A DNA stretch of 62,228 nucleotides, the filler included, from Choristocarpus tenellus KU-1152 (taxonomy: Eukaryota > Protista > Phaeophyceae): the NCBI GenBank assembly GCA_964200185.2. It is 8 parts of 8 records of this genome, joined end to end, with 100 filler letters (N's around TTAATTAATTAA, not from the genome) between each part and the next. Parts side by side here need not be neighbours in the genome. Positions count along the whole stretch, not along the records: positions 1 to 16,857 come from CAXNAD020000755.1; positions 16,958 to 23,871 come from CAXNAD020007074.1; positions 23,972 to 29,533 come from CAXNAD020010416.1; 5 more parts are not named here. One strand, given 5' to 3'. Shown one piece after another: positions 13,707 to 27,022 of this stretch; position 1 is the stretch's first letter, and each line of letters starts with the position of its first letter. The position numbers and the translations under genes are program-made. Below the pieces are notes generated by a model, which had not been told where the DNA came from, searched no databases, and worked only from the letters and a program-made list of their open reading frames with translations.

Positions 13707-15531
13707 GTCTCAATGCAGTTTCAGCCCTTGGTTCAAGCACCCAGGGGCCACATGGACAAACTTCCTCTGTGGAGAAGGAGCAATGTTCGGAAACTGAGGT
13801 GGCAGCTCATAATGAGCCTTCAACAGCTAAGGCATGCTTTCCAGCAATCAAGTTGGCACAGGGTGAGCAGTACTTGGGCTCATTGGCTGTTGAGGAGCAT
13901 GCAAACCGTTCCCTGACATTGCAAACGTGGACAGCATCAGTGGCAACCACTACTACTACTGGTGGGAAAAAACAGAAAAAGAAGAAAAGGAAAGGAGTTG
14001 CCACAAAAAAATCAAAGAAGGCTGAACCGTCTTTTCCAGAAATCAAAGAAGGCTGAGTGGGAGCAAGGATTGGGATCAAAACCTGCAAAAGGGTATACTT
14101 GCAGAAATCAACTGTTGCCAATGGCAACAGCATCAGCAGCAACCGCTACTACTATTGGCAAGAAACGCAAGAAAAGTAATGGAGGTACCGTGAAAGCATC
14201 CAAGAAGGCAAAGAAGAAAGCAGAGGAGAAGGCCTATGACAAGGCATGGGCTTCCATTGCTGCAACTGAGGCAGCGAAATCGTGGGCGGCCGCACCTCTC
14301 TTAAATGAGTGGAAACAGAAAACCAAAATTGCGCGGAAGATGCAAAAAGGAAAAGGATCATCAAAAGGTTAAATCTATTATCACGTTTGCTGCTACCACT
14401 GGCCCTGCTGTCCAAGGATTTTCTACCGTCCCCACCGTCAATGTCTTACCTACTTCCAGTGCAGCCCTCTTTGATACTGTGCTCCCGACCGTAAGATTCA
14501 TTCCTGCTGTAATGACACCTGTAGCACTGAGGATACGTTAGCCTGTCCCAAGTGGGAGGGGCATGACAAAGCATTGAAGCTTTTGCTGAAATGTGCAATC
14601 CACTGGACATGGCACTGATGTCATACAGTATATCAAGGTCAGGGTTGAATCTTAGACCACAGGTGGGGCAGCGATTAGGGTCATTGCTGGAGCCTGAACA
14701 AGGTAAGGGTGCTGCAATTGAGAGAATTTATGCTCAATTCCAGCAAGCCAAGCTGCAGGGTAGCCCTCGGAAGGTGTTCCTCAATCCCAGGGAGGAACAT
14801 GAAAAAGCATCAAAGTTAGCTGGAAATCCCAAGGCACCTGAAGTGGTGCTCCCACCATGCACACAAAGGTCAGCAGGGCTAAGTTGTAAACCAAGTCTCA
14901 TACGACAGCGAATGGGACCAATGCCGGATTCAGGGCAAGGCAAGGAAAACAAGCACACTTTTCTAGGGTGGGGCACTATTGGGCAAGACCAATTTCTATG
15001 CAGTGTGGTCACAGTTACCATGGGGGATGTGGGGGAAGTGGTCGTCCTCTGATGGGCTTCAACCCACAACCCATGAACTGGAACCCAGGAATAGGGAGAT
15101 CACCGATAATGCCTCAATTCAAGACTATGGCACAGCCACGGCCTTTTGCCGTTTCTGGTCATTATCAGGGTGGGAGGGGATATACTTCTGGTTTCGACAT
15201 GCAACACTATCCCCAACTACAACTGCCACAACCACCGTTTTCTGGACACAACACTACCAGTGGCGGCCTATCACCAATGAGAAGGCATTCTCGTGGTCAT
15301 AGTACGCCTGTCCAGGAGCGCTGCCCTCCTGGCATTGCTGCCATGATGAACGAACACCAAATGATGTCAACGATAGGACAGCAGAGACACATAATGGCAG
15401 CAACAGGGCCAAGGACGCTTGTTCACAGGTTTAGAGGTGGACAAGGTGGTGTGCAGCAGCGTTTTAGAGGTGCAGGGATACCAATAGTACAACCACAAGT
15501 GCAACATCCTAGATTATGCAGCTGGAAGTAA
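13707..15531 (+). pseudogene. Frameshifted terminal exon region of the 1355-11864 gene (K-rich, then P/G/Q-rich)
   Basis: The CCTCAG| acceptor at 13706 matches the phase-1 donor at 11864. Protein-like sequence then switches frame near 14025-14056, 14370, 14540-14590 and 14970-15050. Confidence 0.55.
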
Positions 15532-15953
15532 GCACTTCTATTTAGTGAGTCACCTGTAGAATACACTTCCAATATTTCACTTGTTGTTCACCCATCCCCA
15601 CTTCTTTTTGTCAAGCAATGAAAGTCCTGCTCTGTACATCTTTGATACAGTGTAGGTATACTACAAAGAGGAAAAGAGATTGTTGTAACCTACGAGCATT
15701 TTGAGAGTGAAAACCATCAGGATTCTGGACCGTCCCGTCCGGCGTGTCTCATTTCTTGTTCAAGAGAAGAACCATTTGGGTAAAAATAAGTGAGTGGAGA
15801 GAGAAGCAAAGATAAGAGATGTCATGTGGTCATGATTGCAATATGTCAATCTCACAACCCAGAGTGTGAGAGTCAGGATGAAGTCACAGCAAAAGTTTTA
15901 CCAGTTCTCAATAGTGAATTATCATCTTGTGGTGTCGCACATGTTCGCATCTA

Positions 15954-16682
15954 CTCTCTCTGTCCCCTAAGTCTGTGCTGTTAAGTTGCAGCTCTTCGAG
16001 ATGATCTCCGATTACAAAACGGATTTTTGCGTTGGATTCCTTGGAATATTCTACATTAACACAAAAAATCCAAGAATTCTCTAAAAGAACTCTTTTTGAA
16101 ATGGTTCCAAAAGAATGGAACACAGAATGGGGAATGTTAGGCTTATTTTTTAATGGTCCTGGTGTAGCATGGAGCTGCTCACCACTCTCACAACCCTGCC
16201 AGTACACACTCGAGCGCATACCTCTCCAACAGCCCTCCGCATCAACAGCAAGGGAACAGGATCTCAACATCAATGATTTGGTTTTTTTCGCACCCCTGTA
16301 CAGCAGGGTTTGAGGGGAGGATTACGGCACCATCGATGACCTTGTGGAGGGGTTAAGAGCATGTCCTAAAAGTAAAAACGCAGACACACCCAGGAGGGTG
16401 TGGCAGAGCCTGTTTAGGAGGTACAATCACGTGTTAAGACGGCTGGGGGGGAAGATTTCGAGGTGGAGCGCACACGGGTACCAAAAAAGGCAGCACAAAG
16501 GCGGGTTAGCTAGAGTGGTCGAAGTAGACCAAGTCACGTACAGTGATATACTCACAAACTTATACATAGCACTTATTTAACGTTGACTAATCTAAGGAAT
16601 CCAACCCAAAAGTCCTTTTTGTAGTCCTAGGCCATCTCGAAGAACTACAACTTAGTGGCACAGATCTATGGGACAGAGGGAG
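15954..16682 (+). mobile_element. Internally deleted plant-type mariner (DD39D/Stowaway-related) carrying the transposase C-terminus
   Basis: About 50-bp imperfect TIRs (TA|CTCTCTCTGTCCCCTAAGTCTGTG... and ...CACAGATCTATGGGACAGAGGGAG|TA) with a TA TSD. The internal peptide DLNINDLVFF...TIDDLV...RVWQSLFRRYNHVL..LGG matches the region around SPDLNxxDLGFF of DD39D transposases. Confidence 0.88.
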
Positions 16683-16857
16683 TACATCCTGACATACAAC
16701 CAAACAGTGCATTGTGTGTGACTTTCTGATTTTGAGATGTGACCATGTGAGTTCTGAAGTACTCATACATGTAACTTCATTGTGAGTCACACAAGATCGA
16801 TCAGTTACCTTCTCCCAGGATATGGTTCAGAGTATCTGAGGGGGGGGGGGGAGAGGG

Positions 16858-16957
16858 NNNNNNNNNNNNNNNNNNNNNNNNNNNNNNNNNNNNNNNNNNN
16901 NTTAATTAATTAANNNNNNNNNNNNNNNNNNNNNNNNNNNNNNNNNNNNNNNNNNNN
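16858..16957. other. Artificial contig linker N44-TTAATTAATTAA-N44 (also 23872-23971, 29534-29633, 39027-39126, 42928-43027, 46846-46945, 59407-59506)
   Basis: Identical 100-nt spacers with a six-frame stop cassette. Confidence 0.98.
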
Positions 16958-17611
16958 CTGTATGGTAGCATGACTCAGGAAGAAGGGCACTTTTCGCGAC
17001 ATTTTTTTCGCGCGCGCCACTCTCGCGTGAATATCTATGGGATTTTGTGTCAAATCGCCAGAATACGAGAATTCCGATACAAAATCCTATTTTTTGGGCA
17101 TGTCGAAAAAAGCGGTACAAAATTACATATTTTTCGATTTGGTTCATAATATTTGGCCCAAAATAGGGTAACCTACCGTATATATCTGTCATTGGCTCTC
17201 CATCCTATAATCTAATCCACCGGTGGTGTCTATATGTATGAGCAGCAAAAAGCGTTCGATTTGTCTACTTTTATTGGTGATCAAAACATATGCTGCCTGT
17301 CAGAAATCTTTATTGTTCCTCCTATGAACCCCTGCAGGGTAACATAGAACCACAGGAGGGGAGAGAGTGAGAAATGAGAGAATATAGAAATTCCCTGCTG
17401 ATTCTGTTTCCCCGGAATCTATAGGGATAGGAAGTCAAAGCAAAACTAGGGACTTGTTGTTTAGGGCAGACTCAGATGTGGTAGAGATAGCACGTAAGAC
17501 CCAACACCTTGAATATTTAAGGTCAGCACACCAAAAGTTGCCACGAGCAGGACATATAACAACTGTTAAATTTGCTCTTTCTGTTTCCTCACAACCTCTT
17601 TTGCCTCAAAT

Positions 17612-20600
17612 ATGTTGTTCCATTTTTCATACTGTTGGCACACATCAGCAATCCAACATTATTCTTACTCCCCTCGCATGCTAAATGTTTCATCTCACTG
17701 CGTAAGAATTCCTGGGTATGTTGAAAATGAACCTTTAATGAATATTACTGTTGATACTGCCACTGACATTCCAGTAATATCACTCAGATACGTTAAAGCC
17801 CACCCAACACTTTGCAAGGCACCCATTCGGGAGATTCCGGCAGGCGCTCTGAATTTAAAAGGAGCAGGTGGTAGACCTCTATCTGTTGATAGTTTCATTT
17901 ATATTACACTACGACTTTATTACATATCAATGCCTGTCCAAGCAGTTGCCATACCTAATCTGGGAGTAGGTAAAACATTATTGAATAACAGAACTATGTT
18001 GGTATTTGGGGCAGTGCTAGATTGGGGTAGAGAGGATATGTTGTCTAAGGACAGTGATCAATGCATCCCAGCAAAGCACAAAAAGATACACCTTCCCCCT
18101 GACACGGAAACGCTTGTTCCAGTTGTTCTCGGGCACTACAAGGAAAAGCTAACGATGCAGTGGTGGAACCTATCATTTATACTGGCACAGACCTCTAGCA
18201 AGAGGATGACTTACATTTCCACTGGCAACACATAATGGTCAGTCGAACCCTCTCTGTTTCGGAAGAAGATGGAGGATGTCTAGTCAATCTTTCACAAGAA
18301 GAGGTGAAGTTTCCAGCAAGATTTGTAGTTGGTCATATTTCCCCTGTTTCAAAGACATATACCCTGTCAGATACCACTGTAAGTGCAGTTGCAGCCACAC
18401 CCTCTACTCCCGAAGAAACTGAAACAAGCTAGGGATGAATTGAAGTTGATTTTTTCTAAGAAGGCATTTACAAATACTCAACTAACACTTTCTGAACTAG
18501 AGGAATTACTAGATACAGTAGCTAAATTCAGACCAGCCTTTTCATTATCCGAAAAAGAATTAGGTTATTTTACCACTACTTCTGTTCATTTTCCACTACA
18601 ACCAGGCACTAAACCTGTTAGTAGACCACCGTATCGTGCAGCACAAAAAATACGCAACACTATTCGACAATGTGTAACTGATTCAGAAAAGCAGGGTATT
18701 ATAAAACCCTCATCTAGCCCATGGGCATCCCCTTTTACCATTGTTGCCAAACCTGATGGATCACCTCGACTCTGTGTGGATTTTAGAGGAATCATACATA
18801 AACATTTGATACATAATTCATGACCTTTACCATCCATGGATGAGTGTTTATCTACGTTGGGGGGTTCAAAATATTATCTTGTTTTGATATCCAATCAGCC
18901 TATTGGCAACTACCGATAACTGATTAATGCGAATGACAAAAAACTGCCTTCATCACGCCGGATGGGAAGTATGAGTTTCAGAGGTTACCATTTGGAGTTC
19001 AAAATGCACTGTGGATCTTCCAACACTTTTCATGTCTGAAACTTTTTCCAGTATCGGTCCTAGCTCAGGGTTATTGGTATATTTAGACAATATTATTTTG
19101 GCCTCTCCATCTGACACACCATCAATAGTTGATCACTTCAGTTTTGTCAATGTTACAAGATGTAGGGGTTACGTTAAAGCCATCCAAGGCTCAATTTGGC
19201 TCAAAACAAATCCATTATTTGGGATATGATGTTAGCCTACAAGGAGTTGCTGTATCCCAAGTTTGTATTGAAGCTATATTAGATACGCATCCTCCTCAAA
19301 CTGTGAAAGACGTACAATATTTTTTAGGTTATATGAACTTTGATAGGAAATATATTCCTCACCTAGCAACAGCATGCCAGATATGTTTTCACGTCCTCAA
19401 CTGGAAGAACTTTGTAAACATGAATCTGAACCAGCACCCCTAAGCCCTATATGTTGAAATGTGGGTACAAAGACCACTCATGCAAGTTAACAGGCAAGTA
19501 AGGTATACCCTGCCTATGAATTGTCCGTGGATCAACTAGGTGAAATTACTAAAGTAGCAAATGACTCTGAGCTCTTTGCAAGCTCCATTGAGTTTTTCCC
19601 TGTAATTGATACGGAAGTTCTAGCCAAGGCCCAACATGAGCAGTTTGAAGCTTATTTTCAATACCTGGCAGACTCAAGTAATGCAGCATTACCCAGTAAG
19701 GAAACGGCCTACACCATGTCATAATTTTTCACTCAAGAACGAGGAAATAGACTTTTACTCTACCGGTCGTATCAACCTGGTCACCTTCGAAAAAACGGAG
19801 AATTTCGTGATCAGTTAGTAGCCTCAATGGAGGTTCAGGGTTTAATTTTACATGCCCTACACGACCATAAAGTTGCAGGCCATCTTGCTTTCAAACACAC
19901 TTTTGACCGGGTTGGAGATAGATTTTGGTGGCCGGCCTTACGTAAAGATGTGAAGAAGTGGTATGAAACTTGCCAGTCCTGTCAAAGGCGTAAGACCTCG
20001 CACACCCCAACCCCATTACTCACAGGACATATACCTGTTACGTGTCAATTTCAACCTCTTGCTATTGACCTAGTTAAATATTAGACCACGTCAGACAGTG
20101 CAAAATATGTGTTATCTGCTGTAGACTACCTTACAAGATTCGCAATCTTGGTTGGCATTGCAAATAAGCAAGAAAAAACTGCAGCTAAAGCTCTTGTCGA
20201 CCATATTTTTTCCATCTTTGATCCTCCTGAAACACTCCACTCTGACCAAGGCAAAGAATTTGATAATAAACTCCTGGCTGAGTTGCGTAAAGTGTATGGA
20301 TATCATAAGACCAAGACCACGGCGTATCGACTGCAAGGCAATAGTGTATGTGAACGTCATCATTCTACAATGCATGGTATGCTGGCCATGTATTCAAATA
20401 TGGACCAATCTGACTGGGCCTCATGATTGCCCTTTGTACAGCTAGCACATAATACGGCCTATAATACCACTGCTCAAGAAACCACATTTTTTCTCATGTT
20501 TGGGAGGCGCCCAATTTTACCAAGTGATCTTATTTTGGGGGTTCCTGAGGCCACCCCCATAACTGCACAAGAATGCACTAGAGAATTTACAGCTGGCCTA

Positions 20601-21417
20601 TAAATTAGTCCAACATAATATTGGTGAGATGGTTCTAAGGAATGAATCGAAGAACGTGAACCATAAACTCCCACTATACAGACCCGGAGATAAAGTGTGG
20701 CTTGACAAACCACATACTTCAGCTGATGCACCAAACCCCAAGTTATTGTCCCCTTGGAAAGGACCTTGCGAAGTGAAGGCACATATAACACCTGTTGTTT
20801 ATCGCGTAAAACGCTTGGAAGATTGACGGGAAGTGACAGTTCATGTGGCCAAACTTAAACCCTACAAGGAAGGAATAGCTACAGAGTCAGATATAGATGC
20901 CCTTAATTCACTCTTTTAGGCCGGATATTACCCGAACCATCTCTTGACCAGGGGTCAAAGACACAGCCAACTATTGGATCTTACAATGTAGAGGGCATTG
21001 TTATCATAAATGTGGGGTAGGAAGAAGACCACCCGTAATTATTTGTACCGGCTTCGCTTTCAGGGATATTCACCGGCCAGTGATGTATGGCGCAAAACCG
21101 CTGAAATACCTGAATGTGCAGAGATGATCGCAGCCTATAGGGATGAGAACAAGTTGGATCTCCTTAATGTAAGAGCCACTGACCAAGCGATTTGTCATAA
21201 TCAAAAGACACCTGCCACCACAACAGCCGAAGAACTTGTACCGCCAACTGGACATGCACCTAATTGCAACCAAGCCTCCTCTAACACTTGTGACACCCCT
21301 CCTTGTGGACCGGAAAGTGCGATGGATGCCTCTATACTAGTGGGTTGCCGGCCTGGTGAGTTGCCACCAGATTCCACAGATAGAGAAGATGTTTCTTTTT
21401 CACTACCAAGATGGTGA
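17612..21417 (+). mobile_element. Degenerate Ty3/gypsy LTR-retrotransposon pol (protease-RT-integrase-chromodomain)
   Basis: Protease-like ITVDTATD. RT motifs PSSSPWASP, RLCVDFR, RLPFG and YLDNII. Integrase HHCC (HDHKVAGH...CQSC), AIDL, LHSDQGKEF, GNSVCER and WKGP. C-terminal chromodomain YLYRLRFQGYSPASDVW. Many stops and frameshifts; no LTRs identified. Confidence 0.93.
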
Positions 21418-22579
21418 AAGTGACGCCGATAGATTCTTGAAGACCATACCTAGGCTCAGTCCAGGTGGTATTTTCAGAACTGATCTAGTTAGTGACTTGA
21501 GTCTCGCAAAGTAGAAAGACTGCTCTCATCCGGAAACAAAAACAGGTTGATCCTATCTGTGAGAAGCATGCATATATTTTTCTGTTCAAAATATTATTTC
21601 CCACGGGTATAATATTTTACTTCTTACAACAAATGCGCATATAATATTCAAAGTCAATCCTTTTCTAGTTGTCCAAGCACCTTGGACAAGTTGTTGAACA
21701 AGACATGATAGCAATGGATGATGAATTATTAACAACCCTTGACACACTCCCCAATAGATGACTTGATGTACCAAAACACTTGGACTAGAGTGTGACCTAG
21801 GGCTGATCACTGCACTTGCTCCATAAGAAAAATCCTCCCAAAGGTGGTCCTGTCCAACATGAATTCCTGACCAGCCACTTTTGTGTTCGTGTCGGATATA
21901 ATCCACACTGGGGGGGGGGGGGTAATGTCAGGGACATGTTCTTTTTGGGATCTCTGACACACACACTTGTGCATAAGACCCGCGGTTATATACATTTGTG
22001 CGCGCCAACCACGTCATTTGAACTCACCCATGCTGACCAGTCCTATAAACCAACCACACCCACAAGATCCGGATTTGTCGAAACAGCCAAAATGGACTGT
22101 CAGAACCAAGATCCATTCTGATTCTGACTGATCCATTTCTCTGCCGTAACATAGCACATTCTGGGACATCTGTTGTGTTTTGAGGTTTTTGTTCTGTTCT
22201 GGATTCCCTCAACTGACTTTGAGATGTTGGGCCAAGACCTTTGAAACTCGGTCCCACCCTCTGAGGTGGAAGAGTTCACTCCAGTGATTGTTATTGCCAC
22301 CTAGAGCAGAGAGCTTGGCACCTTTGACACATCCACAACACCAAGAATTCCGTTCAGATTTGCCTTCTTGTTCAGAAATACCTAAAAATTGTCGTATAGT
22401 TCCTACTCACGATTTTCCATCGGGAAATGCCCAAAAATGTCAAAAAACCAAACGGGTCTGAAAACGTGTGTGGCCTTTAGGGATAGGTCCCTTTTTTGAG
22501 ATCTTACACACATTATGTGGATATGGTGCAGAGTCATATACATATGCATGGACCAACCACGTCATTGAACTTTAGCATA

Positions 22580-23343
22580 CAGTGGGTGTACCTATATAAG
22601 AGAGGTCAATATAAGAGAAAACGGGATATAAGAGAGGATGAATTGCCTTGTCACCACTTTTCACACTATAAGAGAGGTTTTGGCATTTTCCTGCCAATTC
22701 TCTCTTATATGGAGCCAACTCCCATTTTTTTTCCCTACTGATCGAGGGTTTTCCCAAAAGTCATGTCTAAGGTAGACAAAATATAACAAAGTAAGGAACA
22801 TAGCTGCTCGAGACCAGCAGTACAAGCGTAGCAGTCTCTTGTCTCTCAGTCCTGTACAGTACAGTATGTACAGTGTATCATACATCAAGTTTAGACTGCA
22901 TTTTACGGATATAATGATGACCTACGCTTCGGGATACAGCTGCAACAAAAAAGGTAATACATTTTACCTCCAGTAAAATGAAATGCATGTGGAAATTGTG
23001 CGTGAGCCCCAAGCTCAAGGCTCCAAATCCTCCAGCTGGTGACAACACAGCATGGAAGCACCACGATAACAAAAACAAGGGCAAGGGGAAGGTGCTGCTA
23101 AATATATCTACGGTACAAGCCTCTCCCTACAAGCCTTGCAATACCAACAATTGTAAATATTTGAGCTTTGCAGAGAAGATGGAAGCGTTGAGACTCCTGA
23201 AGACCATGACAGGAACTGTAGTTGCTCAAAATTTTGGAATCGTTCAGAGCACCCTCTACAATTTGGAGGTAACAACCATCATGGAGAAAGCACAGGCACT
23301 GAAGCCTGGTGCCAAGTCTACGAGGGGTGGCAAACAGGTCGAG
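22580..23343 (+). mobile_element. pogo/Tigger-like DNA transposon 5' end with an N-terminal HTH transposase fragment
   Basis: TA|CAGTGGGTGTACCTATATAAGAGAGG terminus with repeated subterminal TATAAGAGA motifs. The ORF segment LSFAEKMEALRLL...VVAQNFGIVQSTLYNL resembles the CENP-B/psq-type HTH. Right end not found before the contig end. Confidence 0.75.
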
Positions 23344-23971
23344 GTGCGTTGGTGTGTGAATTGGAAGTCTGAAATTAGGTTGATTGTGATTATAATTAAA
23401 TTGTCTTTCTGCACTGTCCGATGATGAGGATCATGATTGAATATTTTGAAATTTTGTGTGCATTTCTGTTGTACTGTAATGTTGATACTGTGTACTGTAG
23501 TATCATGAGCGGCTATTTTGCTCATAGAGGTACATCCCACAAAGTGTCCCTATATATTAATGAGGATCTCTCTAATGCTCTTGACACTCTGTGTTACAGG
23601 TGAATAGCACGAGCGTTTCTTCTTATGTTCCAACAAAGTGCTGGCATTTGTTACACGCGAATAGCGCGAGCATTTTCTCCTGGTGTTTTAGGAAATACGA
23701 ATATTTGTAACAGACGTACAGTGTAAGGATTGTCTCTCGAGTTCTGACAAGTACGGACTATATACGATATTAGTAACACATAGGTAGCCTTAAAGAATAA
23801 GTTATTATTTTGAGAAGATGCAGAGTACGATTCGGAATACCTACGTAACATTACAGAGGAAAATGTCAAAGNNNNNNNNNNNNNNNNNNNNNNNNNNNNN
23901 NNNNNNNNNNNNNNNTTAATTAATTAANNNNNNNNNNNNNNNNNNNNNNNNNNNNNNNNNNNNNNNNNNNN

Positions 23972-26900
23972 ACGAGGAAGAGAGGGCTGATGATTGGGGG
24001 GATCATGGAGGGGGGGGGTCGGATGCTGATGCTGATGCTGCCTCTGATATTGACTACCTCCATGAGTCTCTCCGCCACCAGTACAGCCCAGGGGATGATG
24101 GGGAAGGAGTGAGTAAGGGATGGGTGGGGGGCTTGGTTATAGAATGAGATGCTTTTGTTGGTACTCCATGTCAATGTTTTGTGCTTTCTGGCTAAACTGA
24201 CAGGGGTTGTTTTTGTTTTCTTTGAGTGCTATGCTGAGCTTAAAGTGGGTGTAGGTAGAATAGTTTGACCGTTGTGTGTGTTTTTTGGAAGGACATATAG
24301 TGAGTTTAGCAAGGCACATGCGCACACACAGGTAACGCATGAAGACAGACATTGATCGTTCACGCCTCAAGGCCTGTCTCCACTTTGAAAAGATTAATCA
24401 GAGATTCGATTGGTGTACAGTGTGTTTGGGAATTGGTGCAATATTGACATGAGGGAGTTGTGGTGAGGTTGTCTGCTTTCAAGTGCGACCCCACTTCCAA
24501 GACTTTGTCCTCTGAACATATGTGATGATAGAGGGAACAGGGGAAGGGAAGGGTTAAGGTTTAGCAGGTTTATGGAAAACCAGGTAGGGTTGCCACTGTC
24601 TTCTGTTGTGTGGTTGTGGATGAGGAGTCTCTGTAAGGGTATTATTAAAGGTTTTTGAGTGTTTTTGGTGAGGAGGTAGGTGATGTGTTTGGTGCATGAT
24701 AACATGGAATGAAGAATGTGATCCCTGCCCGTCCTTTGTTATATATGCCCTTGCCCTGCTTGTTTGTATGACATGGTAGGTGGTGGAGCTTCACCATACA
24801 GTCCAGTCACTGTTTGAGGAGGAAGAAGCATTGCTGAACCTGCACATGAATGTTATCCAGGTGGGGTAATATTATTGTTATTATTTTCAATAGTACTTCC
24901 AATAATAATAGGCTTGAGGTGCAAGAAGTGACTGAAGAAAAACTGTGTAGTAAAATGGAATGTGGACTATTCTATGGAGTGGTGGTGATTATGAAGTAGA
25001 TTGGGAAAAAATTACCATTTCAGCCCCTGGCATGTCACCTAATGGCGGTATTGATTGATATACTTGACAAAATACTGGTTCTAGTACAGCTCCATCTGAT
25101 CCCAACCCTGAACAATCAACATAAGTGTCGACTGCGTGTTTTGTAATATTTCAAATTTGGCACAATTTATTTTTCTGAGAGTGAATGGAATACACGCCTT
25201 CCATCTTGGCAGAGGTCTATTGTTCATTACATTGTATTATTTAGAGTTAGGGTGAACAGATAGTGGTGTTTGTACTGTACTGAGACTGAGCTGTCCCATG
25301 GACTTACCTGCGTTAATATGAATCTTTGCAGTACAGTTGAGTGTCTTTTAAAAGCACCCTCACAGTCTGAAGAAATAGCGAAAATAGCTTTGGGAATCTG
25401 CCCTACAAATTGTGTACATACTACTACTAGTAGTAGGTACTTTCTGACCTGTTGATGAGGCAAGTGTTGAGGCAAGAGGAAGAATATGAAGAGGAGGCTT
25501 GTCACCTTAAATTGCTCTTTGTCCACTGTATGCTTCACACGTATTGAGTAGATTATCTGACTCTCTGGTTATCTGGTGTACAGTTTGCCTCGCTATTGAC
25601 ACGATAGACATCATGTTAATCTAGGCTTCCAGAGTGTTTACTAGGTGTACATACCGACTACATTGTATCTACTATCTTTTATTCTAACTCATGATGATAG
25701 AGAATTATTAAAAGTAAAAAAACAATCAGATCCTGATAGCACTAGAAATAGGATCTCTAAAATTATGGGAACTGACTTTATTGAAAATGTACTTCTGACT
25801 GTACATACCAGTGGTGCCTTCTAACAGAATCACCTCCAGTAGTGTTTTTTTCTTGAGTTAGCACGATTCTATAAGCACTACTGCTTACTACTTTGTATGC
25901 AACTGGGTATATACTTCACAAGGGAGTGAGGATAGGCAGCACTGCTGTGACGTAGTAGTATAGTAGTATAGTAGTGATGGTATTAGCTAGCACTTGTTAT
26001 ATGAATTTTTATTCCAGATCAGATTGTAAGAAACAATAAGGTGTGGTAACAACCGGTCTTTACCGTTTCTTCTGCTTACCTCACTTTATGTATATGCATG
26101 ATATACCCCTCAACACAGGGATTCTGGTGCAGTGCAGAACATTTCTTACTCCTCCCTGTTGAGTAGGTTGTAACTGTAGGATGTACAGAGTACAAGAGTT
26201 AGTAGATTGTACTCCAGGAGTAGGAGTAATATTTTTACAAAACCCTCTGTGTTTTTTGTTTTGTAGATTCACCTTGGTGCTTTGCTTGCTGGAGAGTCTT
26301 CCATGACTTTCTAGTGGGGGATGAACAGAGGATTCAACTATTGAACTATTTTGTAAAGAGGAAAAAAAAAATCTGAGCATCTATTTCACCCTCTCTTTTT
26401 GTGACCAGTTTCAATATAAATAGTGAAGGGACTCCAAGTGTCACATGAAAATGATACCCTGCTGTGTTCGCATTGTTTTTTTTTTATGGTTGACTTTTTT
26501 CTTAAGGTAGTGTTTGTGGCGTGATGGGTGGGTTTTTTCATTATTGCTTTTGTACCAGAGGCACACCTTGTTTTTATAAGCCACTGTACTTCAAAGCATG
26601 AGGTGTACCTCACTAGTAATGTTCTGGGCACTTTCTTTTTAAGAGTGTTCAGTTTTGGAGGGATTTTCCATCAGAAATTCACAATATAGGTTCGTGGTAT
26701 AGAAATATTGGGGTTGCTTGCTTCCAGCAGTGCATTCTTGTTGCATAGAAGGAAGTCTCCATTCCACCCTCTTCCATCTCTCTCTCTCATGCGACAATGA
26801 CCCCTACATTCTTACATATATATCAACTATCCTTTCATTATGTCGCAAGTTGACACGACTTTCCACACTCAAATGTACCACCTCTGTATGTTCTATGTGC

Positions 26901-27022
26901 AGGAAAATGCGGAGTTGCTAACAGAAGAAGGGCGTTTGCTGCAGCAGATTCAGGGCGACAATGTGGTGGACTATGACATTGATGCATATGCCACAAGGCT
27001 GAGCGAGATCCTGGATCGAAAG
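23972..27022 (+). CDS. Kinesin-13 family protein, C-terminal exons (23972-24108, 24780-24860, 26903-27022), partial
   Basis: The spliced peptide TVQSLFEEEEALLNLHMNVIQ|ENAELLTEEGRLLQQIQGDNVVDYDIDAYATRLSEILDRK matches the kinesin-13 C-terminal helical region. Junctions are phase 0; the last visible donor is AAG|GCATGA. Confidence 0.85.

Noticed and set aside
21586-22300. Minus-strand ORFs downstream of the gypsy integrase as an extra antisense gene
   Set aside because: Short and fragmented, with no recognisable domain; cannot be assigned to the element without LTRs
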